From assembly GCA_038883655.1 (NCBI GenBank), contig JAVZLQ010000001.1, forward strand, positions 32,001 to 96,000: a stretch of DNA of 64,000 bases, in the 5' to 3' direction. A program made the translations under genes and the position numbers. Of the stretch, positions 18,436 through 26,851 are shown one piece after another. Origin of the DNA: Candidatus Bathyarchaeia archaeon. Its GTDB lineage: Archaea > Thermoproteota > Bathyarchaeia > Bathyarchaeales > Bathycorpusculaceae. The notes under the pieces are model-generated. The model was given only the letters and a program-made list of their open reading frames with translations, searched no databases and had not been told where the DNA came from. Positions within the stretch are counted from its first letter, which is position 1, and every line of letters starts with the position of its first letter.

Positions 18436-19083
18436 TCAGTTTTCAACTTTGCCAAGGTAATAGATGATATCGTGATAGTGGGGCGTATCATGAAAATCAA
18501 GTTCTAAACCTTTTAAATGAATGATTGTTTGCATGTCTGAAAACAATTTCTTGACTTCTTTATAAGTGAAGTAGTGAATGTAGGCGCCTATACGCGAAGA
18601 GTAAAAGGTATTCTCCTCGACGGGTACCAGTTGTTTCCTTGCTCTCTTGTAAGCTGAATCGTTGGTTGATATGACAGAGACAAAAACAAAGCCACCATTT
18701 TTGAGCCCGCCTTTAATTCTCTCTGCAACGTCTTCAATTTCACTCTTTTTTAAAAAGTTAAGGGATGCGCCGGCAGCTATTATTAGCGAGTATTTTTGCT
18801 TGGCTATTTTGAAGTCTCTTAAATCGCTGACATGTGCATTTATATCCAATTTTCTCTCCTTAGCAAGGCGAATGGCCCTGGCGATGGCGGTTTTAGACAC
18901 GTCGACGCCTTCCACTTCGAATCCTTTTTCAGCAAGAAAAAGGGCGTTCCTGCCTTCACCCATCCCTAAATCCAAAACCGGACCTTTTGGAAAAAGTTCA
19001 AGGAAGTGCACCAAGATAAAGTCAGGTTTGAGTCCCCATTTACAACATGTTCCCACATATAACTCTTCAAAGTATTCTGCCAA
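18436..19083 (-). CDS. Class I SAM-dependent methyltransferase (TehB-like)
   Basis: VLDLGMGEGRNALFLA, GVDVS and LKNGG motifs. Confidence 0.85.
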   Translation of the reverse strand: MAEYFEELYVGTCCKWGLKPDFILVHFLELFPKGPVLDLGMGEGRNALFLAEKGFEVEGVDVSKTAIARAIRLAKERKLDINAHVSDLRDFKIAKQKYSLIIAAGASLNFLKKSEIEDVAERIKGGLKNGGFVFVSVISTNDSAYKRARKQLVPVEENTFYSSRIGAYIHYFTYKEVKKLFSDMQTIIHLKGLELDFHDTPHYHDIIYYLGKVEN

Positions 19084-19201
19084 AGTTTTACACCATACAA
19101 AACTATCTCATGCCTCTATTAAAAATGATTACGTACTATGGGGTGTTTAAACAAAACTATATGGGAAATAAAGTTGAAGTTGAGTGACAGCATCAACGAT
19201 G

Positions 19202-19744
19202 TTAAACGCTTGCCAGCTTATGTAAAATTTCCTTTTCAGCTTTTTCTTCGCATATCTTGAATGTTTCTGGTTCCTCAATTTTCAAAATAGCCTTCAAGGC
19301 GTCAGCGTCCAATTCGCGCAGGAGCCGGCGTATTTCTCTTTTTGCTGATTCCAGATGCTTTTCGAGGACTTCCTTATTTTTGTACATGGCGCCAGCAAGT
19401 GGGCAGATTTTCTCCATCTTCAAATACCATTCCACCATCCCAGTTTTTGCGTTTATGTCAAATGTTATTGGTCCTGCAACGCATGTTTCTGGCTTTATTG
19501 GATGGATTTTGCATCGCCTTGTTTTTTTGTCATAGAAGATGCAGTAACCTTCAGCGTCTTCCTTCGGGAAAGTGTAGACTTTTTGTTCAAACAGGTTTTC
19601 AGCGGAAAGCCCTTGCCTTTTTAAGAATTCCTCTATTCTTTCTCTTCGCTCATTTGTTATTGGTGGTCTCGCGTTTTGACAGCAGCTGATTTTGCATTTG
19701 CCGCAAACGTTGAAGAAATCATTTTGTCTCGGCTTTTCAGCCAC
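19202..19744 (-). CDS. YkgJ-family Cys-cluster (Zn/Fe-chelating) protein
   Basis: CxxCxxxCC...CIFY...CKIH..KP..C..GP pattern. Confidence 0.85.
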   Translation of the reverse strand: MAEKPRQNDFFNVCGKCKISCCQNARPPITNERRERIEEFLKRQGLSAENLFEQKVYTFPKEDAEGYCIFYDKKTRRCKIHPIKPETCVAGPITFDINAKTGMVEWYLKMEKICPLAGAMYKNKEVLEKHLESAKREIRRLLRELDADALKAILKIEEPETFKICEEKAEKEILHKLASV

Positions 19745-19764
19745 TTCTATGCGCTCCTTTTCCG

Positions 19765-20955
19765 TTAGAAGTATGGTTCATTGTTTATGAGGCTTTTTAT
19801 GAGTTTCGAGTAAACGCCTACTATAGCTTCTTTTAAGTTGGTTTTCTGTGCCCTTCGCAGAATATGGTCCCTAATGATTTCGGATAGGTTTCCTTGTTCG
19901 GTTCTTTTCTCCAATATTGGAAGATACCCGCGTTCTTCTTCCGAAGCGTTTTCCCAAGCAATTTTTAGAAGACGTTTGCAAACTTGGCGGGCTGTCTGTC
20001 CAAAGGGATGTGTGACCTTCGCGTTTAAGCCGTCTCGCACTATGGAGTTAAAATCTTTCACTAGGGTTTCTCGCGGCACGAGGGTGCCATTCTCTCTAAT
20101 TATTCCTTTGAGGGCAGCTCTTATGAAGCAGCTCAGGGCGACGTCGGATTTGATGCATTCCTGCTCGTCCATGACGCGAATTTCGATGGCTTTTCTGTCA
20201 AATCGGAAAATCGCTCCTCTGGAGTTGACCCAGTCCTTGTAGGGTAAGCAATCGACCACACCAGCCCTAATCAGATCGTTTGAATAGCGTCCTATAATCT
20301 CCGTTTTATACTGTTTAAATGATGTAACGTATTCTGGGATGACGTCGCCTGTGACTGTTGGCACTTCTTTCTGGTTGAGCATGTAAAAGTGTAAGCGGTT
20401 GTCAATGAATTCTCCAAGCTTTCCTTCATATATTGGGGATGAGGCGGAAACCGCTGGGAGGTAAGCGCATATTTCCGCCAGTGCATTATGCGCTTGTATA
20501 GCGTCTTTTTCCTTTGTGTATGGAAGATTAAGCTGGAAACTTTGGATGTTAAGCCAGCCGTGCTGTTTTAGGTTGAAGACTTTGCCGTAAAAATGATAAA
20601 TTTTTCTGTGACGGTGTGGCCAAACTCCAGTTTCATCAAGCCTAAGCGTTGGATGCATCCCTGTTCCTAGAAGGTTTGCCTTGTATTTGTTTTCAAGAAA
20701 TTCTGTTAATGTTAGAACGGCATTCTGCATCGTTTCTTCAAATTCTATCGGCGATTCGAAGGGCTGGTTTGGCTTAAGCTCCAAAACATGCATTTGCATT
20801 TCCTTCCCAAAAGTGAAGCTGGACTGTTCAACGAAGTTTACGATACGCCCTTTGAAATCCTTTATAATCTTGTCGACGATTGGCATGGCTTTCAATGTTT
20901 CGTTAACAATGGAGTATTCGTGTTCCGGACCTAAAACCTCTAGGGTTTTGTACGT
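19765..20955 (-). CDS. Glutamate--cysteine ligase family 2 (GCS2) carboxylate-amine ligase
   Basis: LGPEHEYSIV (upstream of the called ORF start), HVLELK, GTGMHP, QSFQLN, ASSP, RGAIFRF and IEIRVMDEQEC motifs; start placed tentatively at ACG 20955. Confidence 0.85.
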   Translation of the reverse strand, partial: TYKTLEVLGPEHEYSIVNETLKAMPIVDKIIKDFKGRIVNFVEQSSFTFGKEMQMHVLELKPNQPFESPIEFEETMQNAVLTLTEFLENKYKANLLGTGMHPTLRLDETGVWPHRHRKIYHFYGKVFNLKQHGWLNIQSFQLNLPYTKEKDAIQAHNALAEICAYLPAVSASSPIYEGKLGEFIDNRLHFYMLNQKEVPTVTGDVIPEYVTSFKQYKTEIIGRYSNDLIRAGVVDCLPYKDWVNSRGAIFRFDRKAIEIRVMDEQECIKSDVALSCFIRAALKGIIRENGTLVPRETLVKDFNSIVRDGLNAKVTHPFGQTARQVCKRLLKIAWENASEEERGYLPILEKRTEQGNLSEIIRDHILRRAQKTNLKEAIVGVYSKLIKSLINNEPYF

Positions 20956-21085
20956 GGTTGCCCCTCTTCCTGCCCTAATATTCTTGTTTTAATGTGCGTA
21001 TATAAAAGCGCAACTGCTAAATGCGTAGTTAATTTTAAATATTACTGATGCAATACCGAGGTTTTAATCATCTGGTGTTACATGG

Positions 21086-21778
21086 GTGTTGGTCGTCTCA
21101 AACATCGACCTAGCTTTAGAAACGCCGATAATGAAACCATCAGCCTTTCTCGAATCTTCGATTAAAGATTTTACTCTCAACATTAACAATGACTATCGCT
21201 ATTTGAAGACCGGATACTACGTTTCTTTGCACGCTGAGGTTCTAGGAAATCCAGTGATACCATCAACAGAAAACATAGTTGACGCTTACAGGACGCCTAT
21301 ACTACTGTTGCGTGCTTCAAAGGCTGGAATTCCGACGATGCCATTTGTGGTCACGGACTCGGTTAAGCAGATAATGTCAAACTTTAACTTTCCAATGGTC
21401 GTTTTTGCAGTGAACCCGTTCTCTTTTGAAGGTTTTAGGACTGCGAAGAACAGGAATGCCCTCTATAAAGCTGTTAGAAGTTTGGGCATGAACTACAAAT
21501 TTGCTGTTTGCGCGCAACCCCTTATTGGCGAAATAGCCTCTTTCAAGTCCATTTTTGGAAAGTGTGAGGTGAAAGAACCAGCGCAGAAAATCGCAGAAGA
21601 AGTGTACCACCTCTTTCGGATTCCACTTTGTAAGCTTCACGTTCAACTTGTCGGAGAAAAAGCCTTCTTGTGCGGTCTTCAGCAAATACGCAAGGATGAA
21701 CTTACGCAGTTGGACTTGCAACTTCTGCGTAGCGAAGTCTCTTGCCTTCTTGAAGTTGGTGAACACCTAGTTGGGTAA
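21086..21778 (+). CDS. RimK-like ATP-grasp N-terminal (RLAN) domain protein
   Basis: NINNDYRYLKTGYYVSLHAEVLGNPVIPS matches the RLAN consensus (Y.Y...GYY.SL.AE..G..VIPS). Confidence 0.75.
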   Translation: MLVVSNIDLALETPIMKPSAFLESSIKDFTLNINNDYRYLKTGYYVSLHAEVLGNPVIPSTENIVDAYRTPILLLRASKAGIPTMPFVVTDSVKQIMSNFNFPMVVFAVNPFSFEGFRTAKNRNALYKAVRSLGMNYKFAVCAQPLIGEIASFKSIFGKCEVKEPAQKIAEEVYHLFRIPLCKLHVQLVGEKAFLCGLQQIRKDELTQLDLQLLRSEVSCLLEVGEHLVG

Positions 21779-22649
21779 TATAGCCTGCTTTGTTGAAAAA
21801 TACAACTTCACCGACCCAAGAGAAGTTGGCGCTCTCCAAAACTTTAAAATAACAGCCGAGAGCATGGGTCATAGGTTTAACTTTGTTTTTAGGGAAAATC
21901 TTGTGGAGCTTCCAAAGTATGATGCCGTTTTTATTAGGGCGACAACAGACCCGCTTTACACGGCTTATGTTGTTTCAAAAACAGCTTGGGAACTCGGCCT
22001 AAGAGTTGTCGATGACCCTAAATCGATACAGGTGTGCGGAAACAAAGTTCACTTGTATGAACTCTTCAAGAAACATGATGTTCCGCATATTCCAACGATT
22101 TTCTTGAACAAAGATGAATTTCACCATAAAAAGATTCTAGAAATCTTCAACACCTTCGGAAGACCAGTCGTTTTAAAAGCGCCATACACAAGCTTCTCGC
22201 GATACGTGGAAAAAGTCGCTTGCGAAACAAGTTTTAGAGAAGTAGCCAAACGCTTCTTTAGGCGCTCAGACATTTTGGTTGTTCAGAGGTTCATGCCAAC
22301 AGCCTTTGACTGGCGTGTGGGCGTCCTAAACAATGAGGTCTTATATGTTTGCAAGTACATGGTTCCGAAGGGCAGGTGGAAGCACGGCGTAAAGCGGAGG
22401 GGCAAGCCAACCTTTGTTTGGGGAAGAACTGTTTCCCTTAAGAGGGAAAACGCGCCAGAAAAACTTAAGGAAACAGCTTTAAAGGCATGCGCCCCAATCG
22501 GCAATGGCCTTTACGGAGTTGACATCAAAGAGTTTAACGGCAACTTCGTTGTGGTTGAAGTAAACGATAATCCAAGCATCTACGCTGGTTACGAAGACCT
22601 ACGAAACAAGGACATTTACAGCAAAATAATCGCCTTCCTAACCAACTAG
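21771..22649 (+). CDS. RimK-family ATP-grasp ligase
   Basis: DAVFIRAT, VVDDP, PVVLKAP, FDWRVGVL, LYGVDIKE and EVNDNPS motifs. Confidence 0.9.
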   Translation: MGNIACFVEKYNFTDPREVGALQNFKITAESMGHRFNFVFRENLVELPKYDAVFIRATTDPLYTAYVVSKTAWELGLRVVDDPKSIQVCGNKVHLYELFKKHDVPHIPTIFLNKDEFHHKKILEIFNTFGRPVVLKAPYTSFSRYVEKVACETSFREVAKRFFRRSDILVVQRFMPTAFDWRVGVLNNEVLYVCKYMVPKGRWKHGVKRRGKPTFVWGRTVSLKRENAPEKLKETALKACAPIGNGLYGVDIKEFNGNFVVVEVNDNPSIYAGYEDLRNKDIYSKIIAFLTN

Positions 22650-22720
22650 AGCCGCGGAAAAGCCAATTTATTTATCCTTTGACAACAAATTCTACGCATC
22701 GACCATTGGAGGATTAAAAC

Positions 22721-23659
22721 ATGCTTAAAGAAACTGTTGAAGATTACCGCCTTTCCGAGAAAATGTCTGTTGACGAGCTTGTTTCGCAGATGGAGCGTGC
22801 ATGGGGCTTTACTGCAGGTAAGTTGGCAGTGGCTGTGCGAATCCTCGAGAAAATGGTACGGGAGAAAAACTGCGTAAAATTTCTCTCCTTTACTGGAAAC
22901 ATCGTGGCAACTGGAACGCGCGGGGTCTTGAAGGAGCTTGTGCAGAGAAAACTTGTTGATGTCGTGATAACGACTTGTGGAACCCTTGACCATGACATTG
23001 CAAGGTGCTGGAAAAACTATTATAGAGGCTCATTTTTGATGGATGACGCTAAACTTCGCGAGGGTGGGGTAAACCGTTTAGGCAACGTTCTGGTTCCGAA
23101 TGAGAGTTACGGCGCCATAATCGAAGAGAAAATGCAGATGCTTCTTGAGGCTTTGTGGCGGGAAGACATAAAAGAAGTTTCGACGAGGCAGTTGTGCAGC
23201 GAAATTGGGAAGCGTGTATGCAATGAAACGTCAATTCTCTACTGGGCAGCCAAAAACAACATACCAGTCTATGTGCCTGGAATAACCGATGGGGCTGTGG
23301 GCTACCAACTGTGGCTTTTCTCGCAGGAACACCGCGACTTCAGAATTAACCTATTAAAGGATTCTGGAGAGTTAAGCGACATTGTTTTCACGGCGAATAA
23401 AACTGGCGCCCTAATAGTTGGCGGGGGCATATCGAAGCACCACACGCTGTGGTGGAACCAGTTCAGAGAAGGACTGAACTATGCTGTTTATGTTAGCACG
23501 GCAGTGGAATGGGATGGAAGCCTTTCTGGCGCAAAGCCAAGAGAGGCAGTTTCGTGGGGCAAAATAAACAGGTGGGCTAGTCGCATAATGGTTGAGGGCG
23601 ATGCCTCTATAATATTGCCAATAATGGTAAGTGCACTACTAACAAGATTGAAGGGTTAA
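22721..23659 (+). CDS. dys: Deoxyhypusine synthase (canonical type)
   Basis: FTGNIVATG, NRLGN, GGGISKHH, DGSLSGA and EAVSWGK motifs. Confidence 0.92.
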   Translation: MLKETVEDYRLSEKMSVDELVSQMERAWGFTAGKLAVAVRILEKMVREKNCVKFLSFTGNIVATGTRGVLKELVQRKLVDVVITTCGTLDHDIARCWKNYYRGSFLMDDAKLREGGVNRLGNVLVPNESYGAIIEEKMQMLLEALWREDIKEVSTRQLCSEIGKRVCNETSILYWAAKNNIPVYVPGITDGAVGYQLWLFSQEHRDFRINLLKDSGELSDIVFTANKTGALIVGGGISKHHTLWWNQFREGLNYAVYVSTAVEWDGSLSGAKPREAVSWGKINRWASRIMVEGDASIILPIMVSALLTRLKG

Positions 23660-24717
23660 GTGATTTCGCTAAAAAGCCATGAAAGGTCTGGTGCCTTCCG
23701 TTTTACTTTCACCCTTTCGTTCAGTGCATGCGTTATCAGTGGCAACGCAATTGTTGCGTCGCAGTAAACTGTTACGCGTTTTCCTTCACTGTGAATCTTG
23801 CCCCAGCTTATGGCTTCTTCCAGCGTACAGCCTGACAAGCCTCCCCACTGCGGCGAATCAGTAGTTATCTGTATGGCGTACTTGTGTGGATAGTAATACT
23901 CTTTTATGGACTTTCGCATGTAGCCTTCTCTTCCAGGCACACCCTTGTCCATGGTTTTTGGAGAAACCGAAATTGCGATTAGCTGCGTGTAGTCTTTTGG
24001 GACTCCACCGCCGACGTAAACTACGCCTATGTCCTTTGCTTTTTCACCTATCCCGACAAATTGGTCGAACTCCTTAACCTGGTCTATGAGGATGGCATGT
24101 CCCATGTTTTTAGCCATCAAAAATGCTTCACCGTAGGCGCTGTCCGAAATTGCTGGACAAAATATTGGGACGTTGTTTTCCGCTGCTACGGCAGCTATGC
24201 TTCTTATTCCCTTTTTGCTGAGCCACTTGCCGAACAGGTGCAGAAGTTCCATGGAAGAATATGTAAAGTCCGTTTTCAACGTTAGTAAGAACTCCGTCAT
24301 CAACTCTTCCATTTTTCTATAGTCTACCTCTCGCCCATAGACATCATAATACCTGTTTATGTCCGCCTTAAGCAGTTCCGCATCGTTTACGAATGGTGAG
24401 CCTTGCCAATAGCCGAAACCCATTGCGTCGACGATGTCTTCTGAAACGTTTGCGCCTGTTGAAACGAGAACATCGATGAAGCGGTTTTCTATAAGCCAAC
24501 TCACAATCTTCCATTGTCCCGCCGTACTCATCGAACCTGCAAAACCCATAATTATTGTTAAATCCTTCTCCTTCAGCATGGCTTCCCAAACTTCAACCGC
24601 CTCGCCAAGTTTTCTACCTTGATAGGCTGTTTTTGCCATTTCAGCCAGGAGTTGGGATATGCTCTTTTCCTTAACCTCTATGGCTTCAACTTTTCTTTTA
24701 AAGTACGCGTTTGCCAT
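23656..24717 (-). CDS. Deoxyhypusine synthase-like paralogue
   Basis: AGSMSTAG, STGAN, GGGVPKDY, GGLSGCTLEEAISWGK and DATIALP motifs. Confidence 0.88.
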   Translation of the reverse strand: MANAYFKRKVEAIEVKEKSISQLLAEMAKTAYQGRKLGEAVEVWEAMLKEKDLTIIMGFAGSMSTAGQWKIVSWLIENRFIDVLVSTGANVSEDIVDAMGFGYWQGSPFVNDAELLKADINRYYDVYGREVDYRKMEELMTEFLLTLKTDFTYSSMELLHLFGKWLSKKGIRSIAAVAAENNVPIFCPAISDSAYGEAFLMAKNMGHAILIDQVKEFDQFVGIGEKAKDIGVVYVGGGVPKDYTQLIAISVSPKTMDKGVPGREGYMRKSIKEYYYPHKYAIQITTDSPQWGGLSGCTLEEAISWGKIHSEGKRVTVYCDATIALPLITHALNERVKVKRKAPDLSWLFSEIT

Positions 24718-24915
24718 TTTGATCGCCTTCTTTTTAGGGTTAATGAGCCAGTATAATAAATTTCTGGAATAAAAGTGCGTTTTGGTAATACTGAAAACTA
24801 GGGAGGGGGTCTGAATTTAGCGGTTGAAAACCTCCAAAATTTGACATACCTCAAATAGCCATTGAGGCGAAAAGAATTAACTTGTATGTCTAAAACTAGA
24901 GTGTGATGGGTTGCC

Positions 24916-25965
24916 ATGCTAAAGTTTGAGAAGGCTGTTAAGCATGCGAGAATTTTGAATCCTTTGAAAAATTTTGAAGAAGACACGTTAACATTTGAGT
25001 ATAGGGCTGACCCGCTTACTGGGCGAAACACCACCGTCATCAAGGGAATGCTAAACTACATTAGCAGATTTCTAATATCAGACAAAGAACAGCTCAAGGC
25101 TCTTGCAGAAAAGACTAGGGCAAACTGCCCCTTCTGCCCAGAAAACGTGAAGTCAAAGACGCCGATGTTTCCTCCAGATTTTCTGAAAAAAGGAAGAATC
25201 TTCGTTGGCAATTCAGTTGCCATTCCAAATCTTCTTGGGCATGCGGAAAGAAGCATCCTCGTTGTCTTGTCGAAGGAGCATTACCTGCAGCTTAGCGAGT
25301 TCACGCCAAAAATGCTTTTTGATGGCTTTAAAGGTGCATGTGCGTACTTAAGAAGGCTTAAGGAAAAGGAGCCATCAATAATCTTTCCAACATTAATCTT
25401 CAACTATTTGCCACCAGCCGGCTCATCGATTTTTCATCCACACATGCAAGTCTTGGCAAGGGACAGACCATTCTATCTTGTGCAGCTTATGCTAGAAAAA
25501 AGTATGGAGTACCGCCAAAAGCATAATTCAAGTTTTTGGGCAGACCTTGTTTCGACAGAAGAGAAAAGCGAAAGGCATATTTTCAGAGCACGTAGCGTGG
25601 AGTGGCTTGTCCCCTTCGCTCCTCTTAGAGGATTAAATGAAGTTCAAGCAATTGTTAGGGGCAAATCCCACATCCTAGAACTTGAAGAAGAGGACTGGCG
25701 TGGAATCGCCGAAGGAATGGCAAAAGTGTTAAGCTTTTACCATAAAGAGGGATACGTCAGCTTCAACGCTATACTGCTCTCTGGACCAGTGAATGCGCAT
25801 TTGGATTATTTCGACGTTAACATGAGGATTATCAGCAGAACTGGCATACAGCAAACGTGTTTCACGGATGCTTGGGCGCTTCCGTACTTGTTGTGGGACG
25901 GCGAAGCTGTGGAGGAACCCGAAATTTTTGCAGAAAGGCTAAAAGCCTACTTTGAGGGAATGTAA
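24916..25965 (+). CDS. Galactose-1-phosphate uridylyltransferase-like (GalT/HIT family)
   Basis: R.DPLTG, CPFCP and GSSIFHPHMQ motifs. Confidence 0.85.
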   Translation: MLKFEKAVKHARILNPLKNFEEDTLTFEYRADPLTGRNTTVIKGMLNYISRFLISDKEQLKALAEKTRANCPFCPENVKSKTPMFPPDFLKKGRIFVGNSVAIPNLLGHAERSILVVLSKEHYLQLSEFTPKMLFDGFKGACAYLRRLKEKEPSIIFPTLIFNYLPPAGSSIFHPHMQVLARDRPFYLVQLMLEKSMEYRQKHNSSFWADLVSTEEKSERHIFRARSVEWLVPFAPLRGLNEVQAIVRGKSHILELEEEDWRGIAEGMAKVLSFYHKEGYVSFNAILLSGPVNAHLDYFDVNMRIISRTGIQQTCFTDAWALPYLLWDGEAVEEPEIFAERLKAYFEGM

Positions 25966-25982
25966 GCGAGGCGAGTATAAAA

Positions 25983-26654
25983 TTGCGGTTTTCGAGAAGC
26001 GAATTGGCGAAGATTATTGATTCCACAAATGTTAAGGCTACAGCCACAAAAAAGGAAATTGAACGGCTATGCGCGGACGCTGTCAAATATGGTTTTGGAT
26101 GTGTAGTTGTAAATCCGTGCTACGTGAAGTTTGCCGCGAAAATCCTTGAAGGCACTAACGTGAAAGTATGCTCAACTGTTGGTTTTCCGTTTGGCGCCTC
26201 GTTGCCCGAAATAAAGGCTTTGGAGGCGCTTAAGGCTGTTGAGGATGGCGCACAAGAACTGGACATGGTCATAAACCTTGGTGCGCTGAAATCTGGCGAC
26301 TACGAGCTTGTTAAGCAAGATGTGAAGGCTGTTGTGGATGTGAAGCGTGTCGCTAAAGAAGTCGTTGTCAAGGCTATTATCGAAACGCCAAGCTTGACCG
26401 ATGAGGAGAAGATTATTGCGTGCAAAATCGTTAAGGAAGCCGGAGCGAACTTCGTTAAAACTTCTACGGGGTTGTTTGGCAAAGGCGCAACTGTTGAAGA
26501 CGTAAGGTTAATGCGGCAAGTTGTTGGAAAAGAGATCGGCGTTAAAGCAGCTGGTGGCATTAGAACCTACGCTGACGCTGTTGCAATGATTGAGGCTGGA
26601 GCCAACCGCATTGGAACAAGTACTGCAACCACAATAATTAAAGGCGCGCCATAG
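25983..26654 (+). CDS. deoC: Deoxyribose-phosphate aldolase
   Basis: VGFPFG, ELDMVIN, KAIIET, FVKTSTG, KAAGGIR and RIGTS motifs. Confidence 0.95.
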   Translation: MRFSRSELAKIIDSTNVKATATKKEIERLCADAVKYGFGCVVVNPCYVKFAAKILEGTNVKVCSTVGFPFGASLPEIKALEALKAVEDGAQELDMVINLGALKSGDYELVKQDVKAVVDVKRVAKEVVVKAIIETPSLTDEEKIIACKIVKEAGANFVKTSTGLFGKGATVEDVRLMRQVVGKEIGVKAAGGIRTYADAVAMIEAGANRIGTSTATTIIKGAP

Positions 26655-26851
26655 GTTTTAGCAAGTTTATGATGCCGACTTTCGTTTTATCAATCTTGCA
26701 AGTATTACGGTTGTTGGAAAGGTTACGGGCACCACATAGAAGCGTGGGGGAACTCTGGTGTCATCAAGTACGTAGATAATTAAGGATTTAACTTTAAACA
26801 CAATACCGCTCTAAATTAATGATAAGAGACTTAAAGGCTTATTGAACTGAA

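Noticed and set aside
18392-19200. Possible integrated element at the tRNA-Arg 3' end (methyltransferase gene directly downstream)
   Set aside because: No integrase, and no duplicated tRNA 3' end (att site) was noticed in the window
26680-26770. Hammerhead ribozyme or box C/D sRNA on the minus strand (TTGATGA ... CGAAA)
   Set aside because: The core is not CUGANGA with correctly placed stems, and no well-positioned D box was found; kept only as a generic ncRNA candidate
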